64,000 nucleotides of DNA from Klebsormidium nitens (lineage: Eukaryota; Plantae; Klebsormidiophyceae): contig DF237054.1 in NCBI GenBank assembly GCA_000708835.1, positions 62,001 through 126,000 of the forward strand. The letters run 5' to 3'. Positions 50,585-60,722 of the stretch are shown piece by piece. Position 1 is the first letter of the stretch, and every line of letters starts with the position of its first letter. The notes under the pieces are model-generated. The model saw only the letters and a list, made by a program, of their open reading frames with translations. It was not told the origin of the DNA and did not search any database. A program made the translations under genes and the position numbers.

Positions 50585-51752
50585 TCCGACTACAGCATTT
50601 GAGAAGGAGTGCTGCACCCTACTGTACAGGAGTGAACATGAGCTATGTCTCAATGAGACATGTAGCAACTCAGTGTCAGAATCACTACAACCACTGATTC
50701 AGTAAGAGAAGAAGATTGTACAGTGGCAGCTATCTTTCCATTCATTCTTAAAGTGGCCAGTGGCCAGTGGCCAGTGTTTATCTCATACTTTCATGTCTTT
50801 ACGTGTATTCAACACGCGCGGCCACAATGGGCGGGGAAATCATTGAAGTCCAAAGTGTTCAGTTTTAATATCGTGACCGGATACTTGCATTGATAACAGG
50901 TGTTATATCAGAATCGCTGCACGTCATGATGGTTGTAAGCATTATGGACTTGACTTATGTGCAAGCATGTAGACTCCCTTTGACCATAACTTACAGCGGA
51001 ATTTTGAGCACGCGCCCAAATGCAGCTTTCTGAACATCATGCAGCACTCGTACAAACTTAAGCTTTCAATCAATTGCAGCATCATGTCATGCTATAAAGT
51101 CTGGCTTCTTCTATATTATTCAGGGTTCTCAAAATTTCAACTAAGCTCTTACCCTGGTCTTCTCATCAGGGGTCGGGTTGAAGCGGAAAAGTTGCCGGTA
51201 CACGCTTATATGTTGCAACTCAGGAGCTTGCCGATGCACGTTAACCCCGGCCAGCTTGGCTGACTCATGCATATGTGCACAAGCCCGAGCCGCGTCGGCA
51301 ACTTGAGTAGAGTGATGTGATTGGAAACGCCGGTCCCACTGCCCCCTTCCATCCCCTTTGAATAAGGGAATCGGTGTGGTTCATCAGAATTTAGGATCCG
51401 TCGACATATTACTTGGTTAGAAAACATGCAGGCTTGCATCCGAAGTGCATGCACGGAGTCTCCACGCCTACGGAGGCAGTTCTCAACTCTGGAGCTTGAT
51501 CGGATACCGTCGGAAGACCGCTGGCAACTCAATCAAGCTAGTTTTTGAGATAGACCCTTTGCAAATCCCTAATAATCCAAGCTAGTGCGGCTTGTTGGGT
51601 ATCCCCCTCGATTTTGCATACTGAAAACTGGTCTTACCCTCCTGCATTAGCTCACAACTCGTCTAAGTTCCACCAATATCAATGTATCACAGCGTGCCAC
51701 TCCCCTTGAATGCGGGCCAAAAAATTGCATTTACGGCTCGTCCTTGCCAATA

Positions 51753-54700
51753 CTAGTCTTTCCGTTCGTCCCGCAACTCGCCTAACTCAGTGTGACCGTC
51801 CTTATTGATACCATCAACGTTTTCCCGTTCTTCTATCCGACGTTCCGCTTCTGTTTCGTGTTCCGCTGTGTCCTCAGTCTCTGCGTCCCCAATTGGTTGA
51901 TCGGACGGTGGGGACGACGTCCGCAGCCCGTCCGCCCGCAAGTGCGACAAGCAGACCTGCGAGCACAAGCGTGAGCCATCCGGCAGGGAAGCATAAAAAT
52001 CGCCGGCAGAGACAAAGCATCTCTGGGCGGTCCAGAATTCCTGAGAAATCGCCGACACCCTTGCAGCCTCGCGCAAGCTCCACCCTAATCCGGCCGTCGA
52101 CGCCTTATCTTCCAACCGTAGAATTTGCTTCTCCGACTCATCCAAAACTTAAGCCAGTGCTGCCAGCTAGACTCTACACACCCTTGCGAACCTCGGCCCC
52201 TTTCTCAAGCCTCCATACCGAAGCTCCGTCCTTGATCTTTTGAGCTCGGTCTTCAACCAACAAGACTCGAGTCTGTCTCAATCCGAGATCTCGAAAATCA
52301 CTCTGATTCCGAAAGAGAACTTCCACCTGATCCCAAGTTTATCGAAGTTGAATCAGCTGATGAAACCATAAAGCTGTTGACGAGTCGCCTTTTCCCTCAC
52401 CTGCACCGCATTGTACGCGCGAACAAAGTGTCACTCCAAATGAAACAAGAGCAGAGCTGACTTCCCGACATCAAAAAGTGCCGAATCTCATTACCTGCAC
52501 GGCGACGTGCGTGCACACGAAGTGCCACTCCGATTGAAAAAAGAACAGAGCAGACAGCTCTACTGCAAAAAGTGCCGAGTCTAGTTACCTGCACGGCGTC
52601 GTGCGCGCGCACAAAGTGCCACTCCGGCCCGAGGCGCTGCAGGAAGCCGGTGCGCGCGAGCGTGACCATGACGCGCTTGTTGGTGTTGGACAGCGCCAGG
52701 TGGAGGCCCTGCTGGCTGTACTCTTGATGCAGGTCCTTCAGCGTGTGCACCGCCGTTGAATCGACATATGTCACCTGCGTACCGTTTGTAGACTTTATCA
52801 GAGGTTTCAATTTTAGCGCGTTTCTGCTTTGAAGGATAGCTGGAGGCCCTGCTGGCTGTAATTCTGGTGCAGGTCCTTCAACGCGTGCACCGCCGTCGAA
52901 GCAACGTGGGTCACCTGCGTAGCAATATTGTTAGTCTGTTAAGTTTTTGCAGATTTGGGGTTTAGCTAGTGTTGCCTTGTGGATTGCGTATCTGCTGGCT
53001 GTACTCCCTGGTGCAGGTTCATTGATGCGCGCACCGCCTTCGAATCCACGTACGTCACCTGCGCAATGTTCATTCATACGCGTGGAGTGTAGAAGCTTTC
53101 GCTCGAATCCTTTCAAGAACTAAGTGGAGCCCCGGTTTGGAAAGCTCTTGCCCCGCCGAATGAGTCCACGTATTTCAGCTGCGTAGCACTGTAAAGTTTC
53201 TCGTGAGGTATGGGCTTTATCTGCCGCTGCGGAAAGTATGCCACCCTTTCTGGATGTACAGATCCTTTGATGCATGGCGCGTTGCCACCTGTTTACATAT
53301 GTGTTTGCTAAACCTTGATCCTGTCACAACGGATTGGTGACGAAGCAGTAAGAAACCGTTCTGTGCCACACTCGCAGAAAAGCGAATGACGTAAGACTCC
53401 CCATTTCAACTCGGTCAATCAAACCCTGCCGGTGCGGTGTCCGAGATAACATAGCGCACGGGAACCCGCCCGGGGTAGCTTCGTTGTCTTCCGTCTTCGG
53501 AAACGGCCAATCGTGAGGCACGACAACAGCAGAAAGACTCCGTCTCCTGCTTTCGTGAAGATCCAAAACACCCATCATTCCGCCGATCAGACCCAAACAA
53601 TCCGAATCTTACCAGCGTTATGTCCAAGATAACATAGCGCACGGGGTGATCCCCCCAAAGTAGATTCGTCGTCTTTCGCCTCCAGGAACGGCCAGTCGCC
53701 CGACGACAGAGCGAGGAAAGTCTCCGTCTCAAGCAACGAGAAAAAGTCTTGTGTCCACGCTCAAGTAGCCCAATCTCACCGGTGTCATGTCCAGGATCAA
53801 ATAGCGCACGGGAGGTCCCCCCGGGGTAGCCTCGTCCTCTTCCGTCTTGGGGAACGGCCGGTCGGAGGCGCAGTGATTCTCTCCGGTCGCGGAAAACCCG
53901 AAAACATCGGACTAAACCATTTTGATATTAGAAGAAAAGTAAAAAGTAAAAGGAAAACCTTACCGGCGTCATATCCAGTATCAAGTAGCGCACGGGGGAC
54001 CCCCCCGGGGTAGCCTCTTCGTCTTCCGTCTTGGGGAACGGCCAGTCGGAGGGCGCCGCCCCGGTCTCTAGGTCGGGGGTGCTCTCGGAGCGTTGTGGGG
54101 GATGGAGGGACGACACCAGGTAGTGACGCAGCTTGTCTTTTATGTAACTGATGTTGGCGTAATACATGGGGGCGTCAATACGAATGATCAAGATGCCTGC
54201 ACCAGATAGAAGTGGGGAAAGATACAGATTTGGGGCGTGGATTAGTAGAGTAAGGTTTTTGGGAGGTGGCGAAAGGTCGGCGTACGAGGCGTTCGTAAGG
54301 TTGAGGTGATTAAGGTGGGCGAAAGAAAGAGCCTGTGGGAAGAAAAGCACGTCTTGAGTTATGGGATTCTGTGCAACACCGATAAGGCGAGAGAACCACG
54401 CCGTCTTTGAAAAAAGTGGAGGAAAATCAGCTTTTGCTGCTTGTGGGGTGAGCTCCCGCTGCTAGTTGCGAGATCCATTCTGTGACGAATCGCACACCGA
54501 CGACAGGCAGATAACAAAAACATTTTGTTCTCCGTCTTGGAAAATCTCAACCAGAATGTACAGATTTTGAGGAAAGCAGCGGACAAACCTTAAACCTCTG
54601 ACTCAGGCGACCTGATATACCACAAGGATGATTGTGAACCACCAGAAGCACCGAGCCGTTGCTCCTCATCACCGAAACATACGTCCACGAGAGTACTGTA

Positions 54701-55972
54701 CAATTTGTAAGCTCGCCAAGCGCACCTGGATGCGTGATCGCGTCCGGGTACTGCTTGACGTTTCGGTAGACGGCCGTTCTCGGCAGCCGTCCCAAAATGG
54801 CCATGTGCGGATTGGCCGACTCATAAATAACAAACACCTGCAAAAATGAAGAGATGGGCGGTCACTTATGACGACAAATCGACAGGCGAGGAGTCTAATT
54901 TCCGCCGATGCTTTTCGTTTCATTAAGGCGGTTTGTAATCTAATAAAGAAGCGCGTTTCACCTGTTCGTTGACAAAAGAGATGCGCCCAAGCACAGCCAA
55001 AGCACTAAAAGGCCCTTCCCCTTTCGCTACTCTGATTCTTTACTGCATTTTCCATCCTTCTCTTCTGCTCTCTGAACCGCCTCTTGCGGCAAATCTGAGA
55101 CTTACCAGCGATAGGCCCACAGCAATTGCGACTCCGATTTCGATGCCCAGGAAAATGGTCCCAATGAAGGCCGCCATCCACAGGAGGAAGTCCCGGAAGT
55201 TGGTCCGGAGCAAGTGGACCGCCTCCGAGTAGTCGAACAGCTTGATGCACGCCGCGATCACGATCGCGCCGAGAACCGTGTTAGGTAAGTTGCTGGAGTG
55301 GAAAAGAGTGAGATGTTTCAGGGGCGCCCGTATAGTGCTTATAGAACCTTTTTGAGGAATTTCGTAGGGGCGAAGCAGCTTCGAGCAGCTGTGACAGAAC
55401 GATATCCGGTCAGGTCCGTTTGCTTTCAGAGAGTATCCGTTCTATCGAGAGTCCGGAGGGCGGAACAGATTTGAGAAGCTGTGATAGGGCACCGCACGGA
55501 CAAATCTGATTCTTTTTACCGCGTTTCCATCCTGTTGCGAGGTTTCAATTGCGGAGCAGACTCGGGGAGCTGTGATGAAGGCAGCATGCGGTTTGTGGTC
55601 ACGTAATAGGGCTCTTCGATGGATGGGGCCTTCTGCAAACTCTTAGGAGGATGCAACGCAGAATTTCTTGAAAATTTCGAAGCGGAAGAAGTTCACACTG
55701 GCCCAAAAGTTTACTTCGTCCAGTGCTTCTCAGTCGCAAGCAACTCCGCGAAATATCAAGAAAGTCGCAGTAAGAGGAGGAAAGCCCACGAAAGAACCTA
55801 GGCATCACCTAACCCTCAAAGTCAGTACTGCCCTTGCATTAGGACAGCCATCGATGCGCGCGTTTATGGACTAAAAGGGTGTTGCTTACTTGAAGAGGGG
55901 CGTGAGAAAGAGAAGCGTGCACAGAATGAGGAGCCCGGTGAAAACCCCGGCCAGCCCCGTTTTAGCGCCCAT
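51753..55972 (-). CDS. SULTR: SulP/SULTR sulfate transporter, 3' half only (last TM helices + STAS, 334 aa)
   Basis: Exons 55972-55890, 55292-55106, 54837-54726, 54196-53964, 52774-52589, 51956-51753. Motifs: GAKTGLAG, LFLTPLF, GIEIGVAIAVGLSL, LGRLPRTAVYRNVKQYPDA, IRIDAPMYYAN, LILDMTPVTYVDSTAV. The upstream exons are absent from the window. Confidence 0.9.
52397..52620 (-). repeat. 94-bp-period echoes of the SULTR exon (52774-52589) 3' end
   Basis: Donors at 52588, 52494 and 52400. Confidence 0.9.
52775..53290 (-). repeat. Echoes of the acceptor and 5' end of the SULTR exon 52774-52589
   Basis: Acceptor copies at 52915, 53059, 53179 and (weak) 53289. Confidence 0.85.
53430..53963 (-). repeat. 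Echoes of the 3' end and donor of the SULTR exon 54196-53964
   Basis: Donor copies at 53779, 53612 and 53429. The DWPFPKTED..ATPGG.PVRY.ILD motif recurs. Confidence 0.92.
55368..55580. repeat. Degenerate ~90-bp intronic tandem triplication
   Basis: Core AGCTGTGA at 55387, 55477 and 55568, with alignable ~30-bp flanks. Confidence 0.7.
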
Positions 55973-56907
55973 CTGCAAGGCAAGGTTTTCCAACAATCAG
56001 TTTTCTTTTCTTCATCCCAGTTTATGTAGCAACTATACTCTCTCTGCTTTTGTTCGCACACTTTTTCAAAGAAGCACGCTCAAAATTCTAAACCTTTTGC
56101 CTTCGGTTAGTATCTCAACACCTTTCCTCATTGCAAGGGCCTGAGGGGAAGCATTGAAAGAATAGTTTCGAGTTTCGCAGGGAAGACGTCCCATGCCCGT
56201 TAATGCAAAGTAGGGTCCCCAGGATAAAAAAAGGATAGTGACAAAAGAGTTGGTATGAGACCAAAGGGCCGAGGTTGCGCAGTGGGCCCACATGAGTAAA
56301 GGGACTCGGGGCCGACGCCGGGCCCCTCCTATCCCTAAGTATATATGCACGGCGTCGAAGCTTAGGGGCCTGGGGCCAGGGTACTGCCCCAAGTTCTTAA
56401 GTCCCAGTCTCAGCCTCAGCCTCAGCCTGAGCCTACGGGGGATCGACACCCCGCGTGCCCGAATGTTCCGGGAGGGGCACTGCCCCACCCGACCGGGTTC
56501 TATCATAATACTCCAGTCTCCCAACGTCTCCCCCGGGCACTGAGAGTATCCGATCTCTAAAGCACTTGCTTCCAGATAACCAGGGGCACGTGCTCGTTGG
56601 TATGCGTGGCTAACTTGGACAATGCCACGTCATCAAGAATCCAATCTTGTCATTTCTGGGCCATTGAAGCCAGTGCACGCCTCCGAAGCCTTCGGCTTGG
56701 CGCGGCCGCGACTTCCTCGGAAACAACCGGCGGCCGCTTGCCCACGTGCCCGGAGAAAGCGCGGGCTACATGAGAGGGTATCGACACCCCTCGGGCCCAT
56801 ATTGTCCTGGGACCAACCGGGCTCAATAAAACCACAGCCTACTTGAAAGGTTCTTTTACAATTTTAAGGCCGCCTTCAGAATCCCTTCTCAAACCTCCGT
56901 CGCCAAG

Positions 56908-57690
56908 ATGGACAATTCAGATTCCGAGTGGGAACGGGAATTCGACGCCCCTGCCAGGCTTACACAGCAGGAAACGTCTCAGATAGAGCGTGCAGCCAGC
57001 GAGGACGACGGGAACCTCCTGCGGTTTATCTTCAAGCAGCGTCAGGTTTCCAACAGGGATCTCTCAAAACTAGCCTCGAATGCAGCGCTTGAGGGGAACC
57101 TGAAGCTGTTGCAGTGGCTCTACACAGTTGCACCAGAGAAGCTTGCAGAGGTGACAACGAACCTTGTGCTACTTGCCGCTGTAGAAGGCCAGAGAGATGT
57201 TTGCAGGTGGCTGCTGTCCTTGGGGTTGCATGGGAAGCGCCCGTTTCGGGGCTTCAGTGCAAAGCTTCAGCTCTCGCGTTCTGTTAAACCATTGTACAGG
57301 TTTTCCCAGATGGCCCACTTTGCTGGGGAAGGGAAGCTCGAGATTCTCAAGCTTCTCAGGACTGCGCAGCCACCCATTGCTTGGGATAGCAATGCCCTCA
57401 AAGTCTATATTCGGACTCGAGAGATACCCCAGGACGACGATGATGATGATGCTGACAGAGAAGGTTCGCAGGAGGCTGTTGTATTGGCTGCCGCCAATGG
57501 GAAGCTGAACGTTCTGAAGTGGTTACACGAAACAGGGGTACCATTCAATGATAAGAGAGCCTTTGATGTGGCCGTCAAGAATGGCCACTCTGAGGTGGCA
57601 GAATGGTTGAAAGCACGAAATTTGGTGGGAACCCCCAACAGAGGGGGGTGGTCGTACTGGATGGAAAGGAGGTCCGGATTTTCGGATTAG
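56908..57690 (+). CDS. Single-exon ankyrin-repeat protein (260 aa), degenerate repeats of the type common in giant viruses
   Basis: AALEGNLKLLQWL, AAVEGQRDVCRWL, AGEGKLEILKLL, AAANGKLNVLKWLHETGVPF, AVKNGHSEVAEWL. Uninterrupted ORF. Confidence 0.85.
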   Translation: MDNSDSEWEREFDAPARLTQQETSQIERAASEDDGNLLRFIFKQRQVSNRDLSKLASNAALEGNLKLLQWLYTVAPEKLAEVTTNLVLLAAVEGQRDVCRWLLSLGLHGKRPFRGFSAKLQLSRSVKPLYRFSQMAHFAGEGKLEILKLLRTAQPPIAWDSNALKVYIRTREIPQDDDDDDADREGSQEAVVLAAANGKLNVLKWLHETGVPFNDKRAFDVAVKNGHSEVAEWLKARNLVGTPNRGGWSYWMERRSGFSD

Positions 57691-59024
57691 TCCAGTTTTG
57701 GAGAGCAAGGAGGTCTCAAACTATGTTCCGGTATCTCACGTTCCTGTCCTCTGCTATGCGAAGGAAGCTAGACATTCATTAGGTCAGAGACATTTTAGTG
57801 ACAAGAGTAGTGGCAGATACTTGCAGAGAAGAGCACTTGTGAATGTATGTGCACGTTATCAAAGTCCCACTGTTTCATTTATAAACCACTCTTCATATTG
57901 CATGTTTTCATGGAGATGGCAGCAATGCTTCAACTCAAACCATACCACCAAGAGCAAATGGGGGAATTTATGATCTGTTGCAGACTTAGGCTTAGACAGC
58001 TGAATGGCTCGTGTCCTCCCGCAGCTGCTCCATTCCGGCAGTTGTGCTAATTCCTACCTTTTTTGAGCATGCAAGATCCGCATGTTTGCAGTGTTGAGCA
58101 GACGGTTTGTGATTGGATTGCGTGCGGTGCCTGGGGGCTTTGAATCCATCCATTCTTGGATTGCTTGTCTGTGAATCACCTTTGGAACTGTCTAAAAAGA
58201 ACCCCTGGTGACCTGCCTACCTTTACCAACGAGAATGGTCACATGCCTTGCTTACACGTTTTCCTCTTATGGTCACGTGCTCCTGCCTCACAAGATTCTG
58301 TGGGCTTACACACTGCACAAGTTCCCGGACATTGTGGACGAATGGCGGACGGATGGAACGTGCGGCATTTCTTCCGTCCAAGGCGACAGGCGCGCAGTAA
58401 GAAGGGACGCCGCTAGGCTTCCACGTGTACCAAAGCTTAGGAGGAAAAGGGGGGCAGAGGCGGTCGCAAAAGGGGCATTAGGGCGGGACGGTGCTCTTTG
58501 CGCCTGCCAGACACAGCAGAAGGTGACACAAGCATGGGGTTCTTGCGTCCTGAGCAGCAGAAGAAGCAAACAACCAAGCCCACTTTGTAAGCAGCAGCCT
58601 TGCGACTATGCGCAGATGGAGCACAACAGCTCCGCAAAGTATTTCAAGATTTGAGACACCGCTTTTTTCGCTATGGGAAGGGGTTGGAAACACCTGCGCC
58701 TCCGTGTATAGTCGCATCATGCGGGGGTGTGATGTTGTAGCAGATAGCAATGACATGATGCTGGCGGCCACTTGGCTGCTGTTGGCAACCGGTGCAATTT
58801 TCAGCCAACCCGTGCCCGATGGCGCCAGAATTGAGTCCATATAAAAGGCATTCTTGGGGCTTTTCATCTTCATTTCCCAAACAAGCACTCCGAAGGCCGA
58901 GTGCGACAATAATCATCTTTCTTCCGGGGGACCTTGCATACATACATATCAGCAAGCCTCCCGGGGAGCCAGAACTCTTGTACTACAATCTGTTATATTT
59001 TCTTTCTTCTCCAGGGAAGGAATT

Positions 59025-59207
59025 ATAACAGATTAGTAGTACAGAGTTTTCTTTTGGTTCCCTTTTGGTGATATATATGTATGTAAGGCCATACCCCAAA
59101 AAGATGCAATATAGTAATTGACTTTTTGGAGAAGAGAATATAACAGATTAGTAGTACAGACTTTTCCTTCCAAAACCGGATCCCCAATATGTATGTATGT
59201 AAGGCCA
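59025..59207. repeat. ~115-bp-period AT-rich direct repeat at the left edge of the viral-type block
   Basis: ATAACAGATTAGTAGTACAGA at 59025 and 59140; TATGTATGTAAGGCCA at 59076 and 59192. Confidence 0.85.
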
Positions 59208-59292
59208 GACCTGAATAATGGACTTCAGTGAGTTTTAGGGAAAAACTCTAAAACATGTAGGCACACATCTTTGAGAAGAACCCATCAAGAGT

Positions 59293-60618
59293 CTAGATCA
59301 CAATCTCAACCTTGCCGCGTTTCTTCACAACGGCCTCCTTGCCAATAGCGACCTTCCTGACGGCTGGCTGGCCCTTTGGGCTGCTAATCGAGCTGACAGA
59401 GAAGCTGTCATTCAATCCGGAGACCTCGGCGTCTCCCGCGAGAGACAGGCTGACACTGCTAGCATCATCCCCACCAGAGGGGTTTGGAGCCTGCGGGGCA
59501 GGTCTCACGAACCGCTCCAGAGGTTCCGCATATCGGGAGCTCTGTGGGACAGGGACGGACGCGGTTGGAACGACGGGTGTTGCAACGGGCACAACGGGCA
59601 CAACCGGCACTGCTGGGACCTCCTGAGGCTGGGCAGCTGCAGGGGCCATACCCTGCATCATCTTGCGGACGAGCTCCGGGTTCTCCTCTGCAATCCTGGT
59701 CATGGTGGGCTGGGCAGCCTTCATCATGCTCTTTGTGAAGCAGAAGCTGGCCGCAGAGCCGCAGAGCATGAGCATGAGCTGGATCTCCGGGGAGATGGCA
59801 GACACCCTCTTGCCGTACTTCTTCACAAGCCTCTCGAGGACCGTATCGTAACGTTCGATGCTCTCGAAGATGCTCTGGCTCCAGCCGTCCAGGTCAAGAT
59901 CAAACGGATTGTACTTCTTGTTCATGATCTCCAGGCCCGTTGTGACCGTGATGAGGGCGGTCCGGCAGCTCTCGATCCCGTTGGTCATCATCTGGTCCTC
60001 CTGCAACTTGCGGAGCTCCATCCGCATCTCCTCAATGTCAGAGTCAATCGTGTAGTCAGAGACCTCCTGCACGCCCTCTGCCTTCATCCGCTTGAGTGTC
60101 AGCAGAATGTACAGCTTCTCCTCTCGGATCGAGCCAAATCCAGGGCTTGGCTTGGGCTCAGGGGCCTTTGGAGGGGGCGGCCTCGAGTTTGAGCGGGAGC
60201 GAGAGCGAGAATAACGCCTGGATGGTGACGGCCTCCGGGGTGGGGGCGAGCGGCGACGGGGTGTAGGGCTGGGAGAGGGTGAATGCTCACGGAAGGAGCG
60301 GCGCATCTTGTCTGGGTTTGCCAGGCCGCTGACGTCAATGGTCACGGACGGGCTGCGATGGCGCCAGGCCCGGGGGGAGGAATCGTCCGAGCTGTACATG
60401 TCGTGTTGGGGAGAGGAGGCCCTTGGCGGAGGGGACGGCCTCTTCTCTTGCTGCCCTGGCGGCTTTGGAGAGGGTGCAGGTGGGGGGCCTTGCTTGTCAT
60501 CCGTCCTGACCGTGAACTGAAGGTTGTCTCCCTTTGGCGTCCTCGTGGCAACTGCAATCATGCCCCCCGACTGCTCAGGGTTGACGACGAGTTTATGAGC
60601 TGTGTTCTGCTGCTCCAT
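59293..60618 (-). CDS. DUF5767-like conserved NCLDV protein (441 aa)
   Basis: EEKLYILLTLKRM...YTIDSDIEEMRMEL...TGLEIMNKKYNPFDLDLDGWSQSIFESIERYDTVLERLVKKY...ISPEIQLMLMLCGSA matches the family seen in Phycodnaviridae/Mimiviridae. Intronless. Confidence 0.85.
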   Translation of the reverse strand: MEQQNTAHKLVVNPEQSGGMIAVATRTPKGDNLQFTVRTDDKQGPPPAPSPKPPGQQEKRPSPPPRASSPQHDMYSSDDSSPRAWRHRSPSVTIDVSGLANPDKMRRSFREHSPSPSPTPRRRSPPPRRPSPSRRYSRSRSRSNSRPPPPKAPEPKPSPGFGSIREEKLYILLTLKRMKAEGVQEVSDYTIDSDIEEMRMELRKLQEDQMMTNGIESCRTALITVTTGLEIMNKKYNPFDLDLDGWSQSIFESIERYDTVLERLVKKYGKRVSAISPEIQLMLMLCGSAASFCFTKSMMKAAQPTMTRIAEENPELVRKMMQGMAPAAAQPQEVPAVPVVPVVPVATPVVPTASVPVPQSSRYAEPLERFVRPAPQAPNPSGGDDASSVSLSLAGDAEVSGLNDSFSVSSISSPKGQPAVRKVAIGKEAVVKKRGKVEIVI

Positions 60619-60722
60619 GGTCTACCTTTGGTAAAGAAAACAGGCAGCACGCTCTGGCCGTTCCATGGCTCCAGGGGCGCGCGTTTTTTTGGCCCTCTCC
60701 AAATTCCCAGAGAGAAGCAGTA

